In this document: positions 11,006 through 21,741 of the stretch, piece by piece
How the letters are laid out: each line of letters begins with the position of its first letter
How positions within the stretch are numbered: the stretch's first letter is position 1
Source: Macrostomum lignano
Lineage: Eukaryota
Reading direction: 5' to 3'
Assembly: GCA_002269645.1 (NCBI GenBank)
Contig: NIVC01000362.1
Location: forward strand, 186,001 to 250,000
Length of the DNA: 64,000 nucleotides
The notes under the pieces: generated by a model
The model's database searches: none
Told to the model about the DNA's origin: nothing
Seen by the model: the letters and a program-made list of their open reading frames with translations, nothing else
Position numbers and translations under genes: made by a program

Positions 11006-12895
11006 TTAACTTATAACGCAACCAGAATCAGACTGAGGATTCAGGTTGGACGCCCGTCGTGACTGCCATGCAAACCTAGTATAATCGGTTCTATCCTCCA
11101 CTCGTGCATCGATAGCTTTTGTCAGCTCAGTCAACTTGGAGGAATCTTCCGGAGCCAACCGCTTGGACCGAAGCTTGTCTCTAATGAACTGATCCAAGTT
11201 GACGTCCTGGTGCAGGCCTTTCAAGCACCTGTGCGCTTTCACGAGTTCGTAGGCCGTTTTCTGCAAAGCCATCTTTGCGTCCATTCCAAGGTGATACTTG
11301 AGACGCCTCACAGCACCGCGCTGGTTCGGATTTTCTCCATACTTCTTGCTCACTTTGTCAATGGGAACAAATTCGTAGTGTTCAACCTCTCTCTGTTCGG
11401 TGCTGGTGTTCCGGTGAAGCCTCCAGTGGCAGTCGCACTCTTTACAGTATCCATCATTGTTCATGACACAACAACCTGCTTTATCTTCGTTGTTCGGTAC
11501 GCTACAATTTTCATGGCACGTACTTCGACACCTGATGCACCAAGTGATGCAGGACCGATCATCCCGACTTCTTTCTTCGATTCTGGTGCGCTTAATTCTA
11601 AAGTCGCTCTGTCCTGGGCACATTTGCTCTTGGAGCTGCTTGTTCGAGTCGTGTATGCTGAACAGGTCCTCTATTTCCTTTGCCAATCTTTCTGCTTTCA
11701 TCTCAAGTTCTTCAGCGCTTGTAGCGTCAATACCCTGTCGAAGCTTTGCACTTAAATCGCAGAGGTCGGTAGTTTGGCGACCAAACATGTTCAAAGAGGT
11801 GTCCATGCTGGTGTAGGTGAAGACGCTGTCTAAACTGCCGGCGTGATGAGCTTCAGCAAACTCATCCGAAGTGCGATGATTCACAAAACTTTGTTGCATC
11901 CGCTGCATGTACTCGCTCACATGAGTGTCCAGCTCTCTCTTGTAGCCATGCAGTGTCTCTCCGATTGAAATTTTTAACTCTGTCTCCCGACTAATCTTGT
12001 CCAAAAGGTCCTCGGACTGTTCAAGACCGGCCTTCAACGCTTGAAGGTACTGGCAGGCATCTTCCAGATGCTGCGTTTTTGTCATTGGGACTGAAGCTGG
12101 AACCGACGGGCAAAAGTAGCGCAATGGAGTGAGATGAATTTCCATTGCTTTATTCGCATCCCTCGAATCTAAAGATTTAAAATACTCTAAAACATCTGGT
12201 GGCTCTCTCATTGTCTTCCTTGGCTGCTTGAAGTCCGTGTGACACTCGATCTGATAGCTGCCAGAACTTGAAGAGCGTTTAGGCAAGTCAAATTTAGCGA
12301 ATGATCTGGCAGACTGCCCAGCATCTCTGATCCACTGTTCCACCTTCCAATCTACCAGTTCATGACAGTCAGATGTTGCTTGCTCAAAGAAGCTGGACGC
12401 ATTGGACCAGCCTTTGCAGACAATGAACGCCTTGCCTCCGTACCGGATTCCTGTCACAACGTGCGTTGCACCAGTGCTTAGCAACTTCTTCTCATTGTCT
12501 ACAGGCTCGTTGCAGCACTGAACCTCCTCAAACGCACTCTTCACGTCGTACTGCAAAGTGACGCTTCCACTGGTCTCGGTGGAGCTTGCCTCGGTGACGT
12601 ATTTTGCTGATCCTGTCATTGACTTCTCGCCGAGTTTCCACCAGGCCAATTTGAACTCAATGCAAAATCTCAGCTGGGCGTTCAGCCCCAGCTGTTCCGC
12701 TCGGCGCTTCGAGCTGTACTCGTAGTCCAGAGAAAACCTCACGCTGGGCGCATCATCCAGCCGAGTCGTCATTCGCCGAATTCGATCTGTGGGCCAGGCC
12801 GACTGTGCAATGATCCGGTGCTGTCGGATGTCATACAGCTGTCCGAGCTGAAAGGCCCGGCCCAGAGACGGGATGCACTCCGGTTGAGTCTGCAT
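11006..12895 (-). CDS. Stonustoxin/neoverrucotoxin-like MACPF/CDC-domain protein with C-terminal Cys-rich module and CaaX box (629 aa, intronless)
   Basis: N-terminus SLGRAFQLGQLYDIR matches the SNTX hallmark ALGRPFxLGMLYD; ATHVVTGIRYGGKAF matches ATHVVTxIxYGAxA. C-terminal CIRCRSTCHENC...DKAGCCVMNNDGYCKECDCHWRLHRN. Ends in CVIS-stop. Acceptor catttcAG at 12921, 26 nt upstream of the ATG. Confidence 0.85.
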   Translation of the reverse strand: MQTQPECIPSLGRAFQLGQLYDIRQHRIIAQSAWPTDRIRRMTTRLDDAPSVRFSLDYEYSSKRRAEQLGLNAQLRFCIEFKLAWWKLGEKSMTGSAKYVTEASSTETSGSVTLQYDVKSAFEEVQCCNEPVDNEKKLLSTGATHVVTGIRYGGKAFIVCKGWSNASSFFEQATSDCHELVDWKVEQWIRDAGQSARSFAKFDLPKRSSSSGSYQIECHTDFKQPRKTMREPPDVLEYFKSLDSRDANKAMEIHLTPLRYFCPSVPASVPMTKTQHLEDACQYLQALKAGLEQSEDLLDKISRETELKISIGETLHGYKRELDTHVSEYMQRMQQSFVNHRTSDEFAEAHHAGSLDSVFTYTSMDTSLNMFGRQTTDLCDLSAKLRQGIDATSAEELEMKAERLAKEIEDLFSIHDSNKQLQEQMCPGQSDFRIKRTRIEERSRDDRSCITWCIRCRSTCHENCSVPNNEDKAGCCVMNNDGYCKECDCHWRLHRNTSTEQREVEHYEFVPIDKVSKKYGENPNQRGAVRRLKYHLGMDAKMALQKTAYELVKAHRCLKGLHQDVNLDQFIRDKLRSKRLAPEDSSKLTELTKAIDARVEDRTDYTRFAWQSRRASNLNPQSDSGCVIS

Positions 12896-13907
12896 GTCGA
12901 AGTCGTTCGTCAGAATTGAACTGAAATGTTTGGCAAATAACTGTTAGTGCGAGAAAAGGGTTTGCATCTTTTGAAAATGTAATTTTATAAAGTAATAGGA
13001 ATAAATCCTTTTTAAAGTTCTACCGCTTAACATGCCCACTAGCGATTTCTCCAGGAAGGGTCCATGTTGTGTCGTAGTTAAGGGAACTAAATATGTTTTA
13101 TACAAAGGAGATGCTACGTAGCTATTCTTCTAATATGATTCTTTGCGCACTAGCCAATCAAAAAATAAAAGAAGAAAACAAAGTTTTGTTTAACAATCGG
13201 TATTTTTATTAATATACTTACTGAGAGCAAATATTTAATTGCTACGAATCTGGATTACATGCTTAAAGGTTAGTGACAGTGAAAAAATGTGCCTGCTAAA
13301 AAACTAAACCCTCATCACACACAGCTATAGTTAATATAAATTGGAGTATACTGTTTATTAAAAGAAGAAACTTCATGTTTTTTGCTTTTTTACTTTTTTA
13401 AAGTTAAAATTTAATTAGAACGCATGCAATTTACTGAATAAGAAACACGCGAGTAAGTAGAGCAAGAAGGATCTGAATAATTAGTAAAAAGCACAGGTAC
13501 TAAAAAATCTATGGTGAAAATAAAAATAAAAATCACTTATTCATAGGTGCGAAATAAAATAAACTTTATTGATTTAACAACTCAATCATGTTCTGGGTTA
13601 TTAGCGTAAATGTATATTAGCAGTAGTAGAATATGTGTACTAACCGCGGCCTATTCTGCTCAACTTGCTGTCGCGAAAAATAAATGTTGTAAAAAATCCA
13701 CGGCAAGTCAAGTAGCTATAGCTAGTTGAAAATTTAACAAGCTGTAAACACTTGATATAAAAATTTGTGAATGTGAAAATTCCAAGGCAAAAAATCTACG
13801 TCTCGACTCTACAGTTTCGTCAATTAGAAATAGCAAAATTTCGCCAGTTCACGTTTTCACAATCGAATATTGTCGATACTCACAAACAAGGGTGCCGTCA
13901 ATCTAAT

Positions 13908-15362
13908 TCAGGAATCCGATGAGAGGTTCCGGAAGGTCACCTGCACTCCGGATGCGTCAGAATCAGGAACCTCGGATTGCTCAACAGCTACTAGAGGTTG
14001 CACCAATTTGAGCTTTTGATTCCCTGGCGTGGGGCAATATTCTACTAACTTTTTGTAAAATTTCTTCTCGAGCTGTTTGTTGTTCCAGAGTTTCAATTCA
14101 ACTTGGTGCTCGAACTTTTGCAGTTCAAACAATTTCATCGGGCAAGACAGGCAGTACATCTTTTGGTTTGGTTCTGTCATGCTCCTCATGATGAATTCGG
14201 CTCTCTGGGCCTGGCTTTTAATTATCTGGGCGCCAGCCTCTCGGAACTTATTGGAAATCACAACCAGAACGTCACCGGTATCGGCGACTGCGGTGGCCCA
14301 TTCCTGTAGGTGAGCGTACTTTTTTCCGGCATCGAAAAGGTCCGTTTTCAACCCGATTTTGCTCGCTTGATTGGCAGGCTCAGCCGTGTGATCTAGAACA
14401 GCTTCCCTCACAGCATCATCAAGGGAAGACTTGAATGATTCGAGCTCCCGAACTTCCGCTTCCAGCTTCTTCACCACGTGAGTCCACGCTGTCGGTCTCA
14501 GCTTGTAAATAATTTCCTCCAGAGTAGTCAGAGCTTCTTTCAGCACTTCGTAGCAGCGAACAGTTTTGCAGATGCACGTGGGCGGTAGTGGCAGGGGCGC
14601 TGGTGGAGTGTCTTCAACCAGCAGTGACAGAGGAAGCAGGTTGACCGTCAGTGGCGATCTAGCTTCAGCAGCTTGGATTGTTTGAATGCACTTCATGGCT
14701 TCAATGAAGTTGGTCGGTGGGCTGGCCAGGTGGAAGTCTCCCTTGTAGGCAACTCGGATCTTCTGCACGACTTTCGTTTCCTCCGACGTCATGTCAAGCG
14801 AGGCAGCTCCAGAGATGCTGACCAACGATGCAAACTTGCCAATCTGAGCTTTTAGACCGCCTCCGGTTTTGTCGCTCGTTGCGGAGTCTTCTTTGTCCCG
14901 CTCGAAAAAGAACAGAGCGGCTCCGCCATACTGAATTCCCATTACTACGTGAGTCGCATCTTTGTAGCTCGCTGAGCTCTTCAGCTTCCAATCTGGTGGG
15001 ACAACAAGTTCCCAATACTTTCCTTGAACTTGCAGTCGATATATGGCGCTCTCCGTCTCTTTCTTCTCTTTTAAGGTAGTCTGGTAGTTCCCGGAGCCGC
15101 TAGCGGACACCAGTCCCGATAGAATTGACAGCGACAGGTTTCCGGTCACTTTTGTGCTCAGGTTTTTGCTGTTCGCTGACGTTTCTGTTACAATATCGGT
15201 CTCCATGCTGATGTTCTTAGTTTCGGTCAGCATAGTCTGCATCTGCTCAGCGGTGAATAACTTGATTCCGGGGATAATTTGGCTGGTCCTGCTGTTGTAC
15301 AGCGCACCAAGGGTGAATGGATGGCCCACCGCAGGAATGGTGAGAGAGCTCGATGTTGTCAT
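13908..15362 (-). CDS. Stonustoxin subunit-like protein (MACPF/CDC + helical + probable thioredoxin-like domain, no PRY-SPRY; 484 aa from Met at 15362, intronless)
   Basis: LTIPAVGHPFTLGALYNSRTSQIIPG, LSILSGLVSASGSGNY, ATHVVMGIQYGGAALFFF, KVVQKIRVAYKGDFHLASPPTNFIEA are SNTX-family motifs. The acceptor aatttcAG at 15388 favours the Met at 15362 over the ORF-track start at 15449. Confidence 0.88.
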   Translation of the reverse strand: MTTSSSLTIPAVGHPFTLGALYNSRTSQIIPGIKLFTAEQMQTMLTETKNISMETDIVTETSANSKNLSTKVTGNLSLSILSGLVSASGSGNYQTTLKEKKETESAIYRLQVQGKYWELVVPPDWKLKSSASYKDATHVVMGIQYGGAALFFFERDKEDSATSDKTGGGLKAQIGKFASLVSISGAASLDMTSEETKVVQKIRVAYKGDFHLASPPTNFIEAMKCIQTIQAAEARSPLTVNLLPLSLLVEDTPPAPLPLPPTCICKTVRCYEVLKEALTTLEEIIYKLRPTAWTHVVKKLEAEVRELESFKSSLDDAVREAVLDHTAEPANQASKIGLKTDLFDAGKKYAHLQEWATAVADTGDVLVVISNKFREAGAQIIKSQAQRAEFIMRSMTEPNQKMYCLSCPMKLFELQKFEHQVELKLWNNKQLEKKFYKKLVEYCPTPGNQKLKLVQPLVAVEQSEVPDSDASGVQVTFRNLSSDS

Positions 15363-15921
15363 CTTTGTTTCCAAACCGATTTGTAAGCTGAAATTGTTTA
15401 AATATTGTTTTTGTCTTTGAAAAATACAACTTTGAGTTTTTCTAGCCATGAAAGTTACATCGTCGCGCAGCTGATGTGCAAAGTGAAGTGTGTGATATGT
15501 ACAAGTCGTGTGTTAACGCAGAATTGACGCTAAAATTCAACAGACAAAATTGTCTTCATTTGTTGGCAGGTTTAAATGAGTCTACAGTTGAGTTACAATC
15601 TATTGAGGTAGGATGTGTATATTTTGACTATAGTACTCGTAGTAGCTAACTTAGCGTTTAATTTCCCAACCAATCATAGAATTTCCTGTTCAAAATTGTT
15701 TAAATATCTAATTTTGTTTGAATTTTTGTATGTTTGAATCTTGCCTTTTTGTTTGAATGCGTCCCCCATTTTCCCCAAAATTTAGTATAAAAGGAGGCGA
15801 GTTGGCCAAAATAAAAATTGACCTGGTGTTACCTGATTAACTATCGAGAACTCTTAGTAAGCAAACTTGAAGTTTTTGGCTAAGACTTATCTCGCTATTT
15901 CTTTCATAAAAAGGAAAACCA

Positions 15922-16030
15922 GAGGTCGTGGAGACCCTAGACCAGGATTCTAGATAGGGCAGTCAGAGGTCGTGGAGACCCGGAACTAGGTATCTGGAAT
16001 AGGGAAATTTGAGGTCGTAAAGACCCAGAA
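15922..16030. repeat. Three degenerate about 45-bp direct repeats upstream of the SNTX-like pair
   Basis: agaggtcgtggagaccc twice, plus gaggtcgtaaagaccc. Confidence 0.6.
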
Positions 16031-16429
16031 TAGAGGTTAAAGGTGGGGATCCGAGGTCATTAGGCACTAGGAGATTAGATATTAGGGACGTAGGTTAGTT
16101 GCCACTGGACACCCTTGATCCTCGGAAAACGCTAGGCTTTCGGACTGAATTAAGGAATTAGACAGTGTCTTACCACTCGGGCACTACACGCTATCACAAG
16201 GTTTCTAGGAAGCCGTGTGAAATTAGAAGTTTCTAGGAAAGAGTAATAGAATAGGGCTGCCAACGCTACTCAAAGTAGATATATTAGTGACAATTTATAG
16301 GATAGAGAAATTAGAACTAAAGAACTGCAGCAAATTGGTGAGATAACTTCAGTAGGAACCATAAGGGCTAGCACACTATACACTCAGCAACATTTAAAAC
16401 GCAACACTCTAACTAGAAGAAAAATCAAC

Positions 16430-16965
16430 TCACTCAGAAGAGTCAAAGCGCATAGTCTATGGTTCAAATCGAGCTTCAGAAACGCGTGTAGCTTCCTCTC
16501 GCAAGTAACAGGGCGATGACTATGGACTGTTTTCAGATAGAGTGATCCAGCTGAGAGAATGGTTCAACAGATGACAGACGCGGAAAGATGGCGAGCAGTC
16601 GGAATGTTGGAAGCAGGTTGTACTCTTCGAACAGTTGCGAACCACTTCGGGAGGTCGCCTTCAACAGTTTTACGTCTGCTACAGAAGAGCAGAGCCACTG
16701 GAAGCGTGGTTCACGCGAGAAAAGGTACGGTGCTTCACCAACTTCGCAGTACAACAGCTGTTGTTCGAAGAGTACAACCTGCTTCCAACATTCCGACTGC
16801 TCGCCATCTTTCCGCGTCTGTCATCTGTTGAACCATTCTCTCAGCTGGATCACTCTATCTGAAAACAGTCCATAGTCATCGCCCTGTTACTTGCGAGAGG
16901 AAGCTACACGCGTTTCTGAAGCTCGATTTGAACCATAGACTATGCGCTTTGACTCTTCTGAGTGA
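16430..16965 (+). mobile_element. Tc1/mariner-derived foldback element with 204-bp perfect inverted arms and a 128-bp spacer
   Basis: 16430-16633 is the exact reverse complement of 16762-16965 (checked by eye). ORF 16559-16831 MTDAERWRAVGMLEAGCTLRTVANHFGRSPSTVLRLLQKSRATGSV is a Tc1 transposase N-terminal HTH. Confidence 0.9.
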
Positions 16966-19049
16966 ATGATTCTTGCATGGAAAATCAGCCGACAATGTTC
17001 AGACCAAGGACAACTTGATATCAAGTTATCAAGTTGTCCTTGGTTCAGACTAGCTCGCGCATATTTTGTCAATGGTTCAAGTCTAACTCCACACCCCAGC
17101 TCCACCCTTGTCTACTTTAGCCACACATGTTTGATCAAATAAGAATGGGAATCAAGCACTTTGACTTGTCAGCGTGCTAGATTCCTCCATTTTCTCTAAA
17201 AAAGTTTCCAACTACCTACCAAAATGGGAATTTTACCGCCCAATTTTCTAGATCGTCAAGAATCATGATTGAAAAAATTCAAACTCGTAGAAAGGATCTG
17301 AGTGAAAGTGTACGTAGCTTTGTGTTAACGATGCATTTTGAGGCATAGACAAACCGATCAGTTTAATCGCGAGCATAGATCCTCTATTATTATATTATAT
17401 TTTTATATAAGATCTATGATCCCGAGTAAATGAAAGGATTTATTTATCATCATCTTTTTTGCACTGAATTTGGAATGTTCAATAAGCAAAATGATATTTT
17501 TTTTAAAATTTATCACAATTATGGTATACACTCAGCAACATTTAAAACGCAACACTCTAACTAGAAGAAAAATCAACTCATTCTTATTTGATCCAGCGTG
17601 CAAGAATGCTTTGGAAGTCGCCATATGCGTGCAGAAATGCAAGTGTCTATGGTAAAAGCACCTTGAATTTACATGTGCACTCCGTGCAGGAATGTCAATC
17701 GTGCAAGAATGTAATGCTCAATGTTTCTATATTTAGCATTGCCCGTCTGATAAGATAAATCTCAAGGCACGAGTGAACGTGAAGGAATCCCATTGTCGGA
17801 TTATTCATCGTGCAGGAATGCACAAAACCGTGCAGGAATGCATTTCTGCGTCTAACGCTTTTTCAGTGAGATTTTACCATAGACATCCATTTCTGCACGC
17901 AAAAGAGTACAAGAATTCCATTTCTGCATGGAAAATGAGCCGACAATGTCGATCTTCATCCTGTCTCGTAAGAGGGTCGAGCTGCTGCTCAGTGACAAAC
18001 TCTCTCGCTACGACCCCTGGTTCGATTCCGTGCGCAAATACTTTTACATGTATTGGGCTTTTGCACGAAACTATTGTGGGATTAATTGGGGTTGCCGTGT
18101 GATGCCTTGCGTTTCGCCAGGTTTCCCACAACCCTCCTGCAAATATTAATGATACATGTATTTCTATCTTATCTCTGTAGTGTATTTTTGTCGAAGTTGT
18201 AGAGGATAATATATACGAGTATGGTCTAAACTATCTGTACATAAGTTATTGAACTAATAATTAGGAGATTTTTAGTCAATCTACTTTTCCGGAAACTAAA
18301 TGGCGAAATTCTCCATGGATTCGGAATAACAGAACTGATTTGTATGATCTTAGTCTTGTAACCCACGCTTTGAAATTTTTAGCTCGCAACACACTGGGAA
18401 CGCAGTTGTGTCATAACGACGACGTTATTCAACTAGAAGCCCAGTAACATTCCAAAACAACGAGGCAAAACATTGTCGAAGTTACGACAAAGCCCGCGCG
18501 TTCCCATTAGAAAATGACATCAGTTTCTCAGATTTGTTGCAAAATATAAGTGTCCCGGCCTAATTCCCACGTCTCCGATGTTGCCTGACTCGGCTAATAA
18601 GTATACCAACTATATACATGTAAAATAAACGGGAACTACGTCTACATAAAATATTCCCAATACTTCTGCTCAAACAAACACCTTGGCGCATGATGTATTA
18701 AAATTAGCCCCAGCGTTTTCATGGTCAGCTGAATTAGATTGACGCTAAAAATCTTTTGACTTAGAAATAAGCAAGTATTTTATGTTTGATAGAACTTTTA
18801 TTGATTCAATGTTTCAATGTTTCAATGTTAATTAATAAACAACTTAAAGCTTCTCAATAAAAATGTGTACACTTGTGCACAGTCTGCATGGTATTGAAAC
18901 AAAATCGACCTCAGGGTGAAAATTTCCGGATTTGCAAGTGCATGTAGCGTCTGTCTGTTTTTAGCTGTCCATGAGTATTCTAACATCAACTTAGAATAAG
19001 TAGCAGGATAAATAAGCCATGAAAATATTCTAGAAATTATCAAACACGA

Positions 19050-19310
19050 TCGCTTAGCAGTAGAAAAAGTCATTCATATTCGATAGTGCTTACCAACGCT
19101 TCACGTGAATTATATATAAAAATTATTCCATCGATAAATCACACGTTTTCTTTAATAGGTATAGAATTGAAGTTCTCTTTTTGTGAGGCGTTTCTCATGC
19201 TTGCTCCCGTGCATATATATAAGCACAGAGAAAACTGTTTTAAAAATGGAAGTTCTCTTTTCTGAACTCAAGTATTTTTGATGATAGCTATGTGCTACTG
19301 TACGAACTCC
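19050..19310. repeat. Dispersed repeat, diverged copy 2 (partner at about 6720-6965)
   Basis: Collinear similarity to copy 1. Confidence 0.6.
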
Positions 19311-19624
19311 GAGTATATCAACAAGTGGTAAACAAAAATGAGCGCAAAGAAACGGCTGCACGGTGCCAAATGTACATCTTCACCGTTGCTAAGCAAAACG
19401 CTGTTTTGTTTTTTTTACTGCCTGCGTACACTGTAATTTGCCAAGCAGGTGAATAAGTGTCACTCAGTCAGAATAAATTGACAGTTATACTGCCTAATGC
19501 TCTGCGAAACAATTCACAGCACTACGCTTTTGTTTGTTCTCAAAAGCAGATAATTGCTGTCTATTCTTACCCCAGCTATTCTTCTCTTAATAAATGCAGG
19601 CTATAGTTATAGTAACGCTCGTAC

Positions 19625-19715
<91 letters not shown>

Positions 19716-19722
19716 CATTATT
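19625..19722. repeat. (TAT)n microsatellite, probable 3' tail of the adjacent LINE
   Basis: Abuts the 3' end of the minus-strand RT fragment and reads (AAT)n on the element's sense strand. Confidence 0.9.
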
Positions 19723-20880
19723 CAGCAGATGCTGGCACAGGGGCCGGTCAGTGAAGCACCGCTTGTGGAAAACAGCTAAGTCGAGCTAGCTTTAGCTGCA
19801 GACTGAGGGCTAAGGCCCAGAGCCTGCAAGTCAGTGAGAATTCAGTGTCAGTCAGGGTGGTGCAGCAAGCCTGGCCCGGGCGGAGTCTCCCACAAGCCGG
19901 GCTGAGAAGCAGGTCGGCGAGCGGGGCCCGGTGCCCCGTGTGTGGGCACGCAGGCAGTGGCCGACCAACATCTGGCGTCGCCTCTGCAGAGTGCGACCGA
20001 GGGGGGCGGGGTACGCGGGTGCGGGGGGGGGACTCAGGAGCGACGTCAGTGAGCTGAGCTTTTCTGCTCAACGAATTATTATTACCAGCTCGGCGTTGCT
20101 CACGCGCTCGGGGAACCGGATGCCCAGGGCATTGTGGAAGAGGTGGCGATGGCAGGCCTCCAAGCTCGCCTCTGCACGAGTGGCAGTCATGGGAACAGCC
20201 TCCAGCTCGTAGGTCAGCAACGTCTCAACTGCCGAGCGGAAGAGGGCGACGTTCAGGCTGCAGTTGAAGATGGATCGTGGAGAAGGTCGGAGGCCCGCCA
20301 TGCCATCCAGCTGCTTGCGGTTGTTGACAATGGCATCCGGGTCAGTGACCAGGACGCCCATTGAACTGGTTGCACGGGACGATAGTGTTGCCATCTGGCA
20401 GAAGCAGCGGAGGATCGAGCTGGCAATGCCAACAACATGCAGCACCTCTGTCTTGCCGTAGTTGATGTGTGTGCGTCAGCCGATTTACCACCCTCTGCGC
20501 AGCTTCGGGGCTGCAGCAGGCTAGGTCAGCGCCAGGTCGTCGGCGTAGGCGAGGCAGGTCGATCAGCTTGACACAGCTAGAAAGCGCGGGAGCTACGGCG
20601 AGGCACCACTTCATAGATGTCTTCGTCGCGCAGAGCCAGCCGCATGACGCAGTCGATATGGATGACAAATGGAAACGGGGGATAATGTGTCGCCTTGCAG
20701 GACCCTGGAGGTAGTGGCAAATTCAGATGTATAGGGCCGTGCAGTGTGGTCAGTCTGGACTAAAAGCCTTGGGCGAGCTGTAGAGGTCCATGCATGATCG
20801 CCTGGACCAGCAGCTGAGGAACTCCATGCTGCTGCAGGAGCCACGCAATGGCCGCCCGGCTGACGGAGTCAAAGCATTGC
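19723..20880 (-). mobile_element. 5'-truncated, frameshifted non-LTR retrotransposon (RTE-like) reverse transcriptase remnant
   Basis: Minus-strand pieces FDSVSRAAIAWLLQQHGVP, VLQGDTLSP, LAYADDL (YADD at 20536-20547), LFRSAVETLLTYELE, LFHNALGIRFPERVSNAEL. Confidence 0.88.
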
Positions 20881-21475
20881 AAGAATCTGCAAAAAATTAG
20901 CTTCGTACTGTACTCGTACTTCAGTGCAGCAAACTCAAGTTAGTCCAATTTTTGAAGCACTTTAAAATTCTTTTTGTAGCACATGCTGTACTTCCACTTG
21001 AACTGTATATGGAGTAACAGCCAGCTTTTATACAAAGCGGCATCAGCATTATCTTGGTGTCGCTACAAAACTTTCAACTAACAGCTCAAACTCTGAAGAC
21101 TCGTTCGCAGCCTTTACTGCCAAATAATTACCAACCAAGGACTACCATGCTAGGCCAGGGATTTTTTCGCGAGGAGGGCCAAGGGCCGCATTGTGGAAGA
21201 GCCATAGCTAGTGTTTGTCATCTCCTACGGTGGGCAAACTCCGACCCGAGGGCCACATGAGGCCTTTGAAACTTCTCTCCTCTCCTCTCTCTTCTCTCTC
21301 CTCTCTCTTTCTCTCTTCCCTCTCCTCCCAGCCCCACGCCATTACTAATTAAGTATAATACGAGTCGCATGTTAATACTTATTTATCCTTGGTACCAACC
21401 TTACCCACCTAATAAAATTCACTTGATTCTACACGTCAGTTAAATTATAGAATTTCCGGAATAATAACAGTCACA

Positions 21476-21741
21476 ATTACACCTGTCCTAATGGGCAGAT
21501 GTGCAACCGTCAGCTCAGCCTCAGCTATTGCGCGGCGCATCTGAAGGCTGCGTACCGGCTGGGACTGGAGGGTCACCACACACACCCTCAATTACCCCAG
21601 CTAATGCTGGCACCCATTTTACAGCTCTGGGTGAACTGAAGCAATGCAGAGAGTTAAGTGTCTTGCTCAAGGACACAAATATTGTTTTGAGTGGATCGGA
21701 ATCGAACCCCCGACCTTTTCAAGTCGTGAGTCCGACGCTCT
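21476..21741 (-). mobile_element. tRNA-derived CORE/MIR-like SINE, copy 1
   Basis: Minus strand has a tRNA-like head with B box GGTTCGATTCC. The central block cccattttacag...aactgaagca...gagagttaagtgtcttgctcaaggacac resembles the MIR/CORE consensus. Highly similar copy at 61917-62208. Confidence 0.8.

Noticed and set aside
10109-11021. Cluster of short ORFs downstream of the SNTX-like gene
   Set aside because: Low-complexity purine-rich sequence open in many frames; no coherent protein.
21140-21270. hAT-like terminus (gggcaaactccgacccgagggccaca)
   Set aside because: No matching second terminus or 8-bp TSD found.
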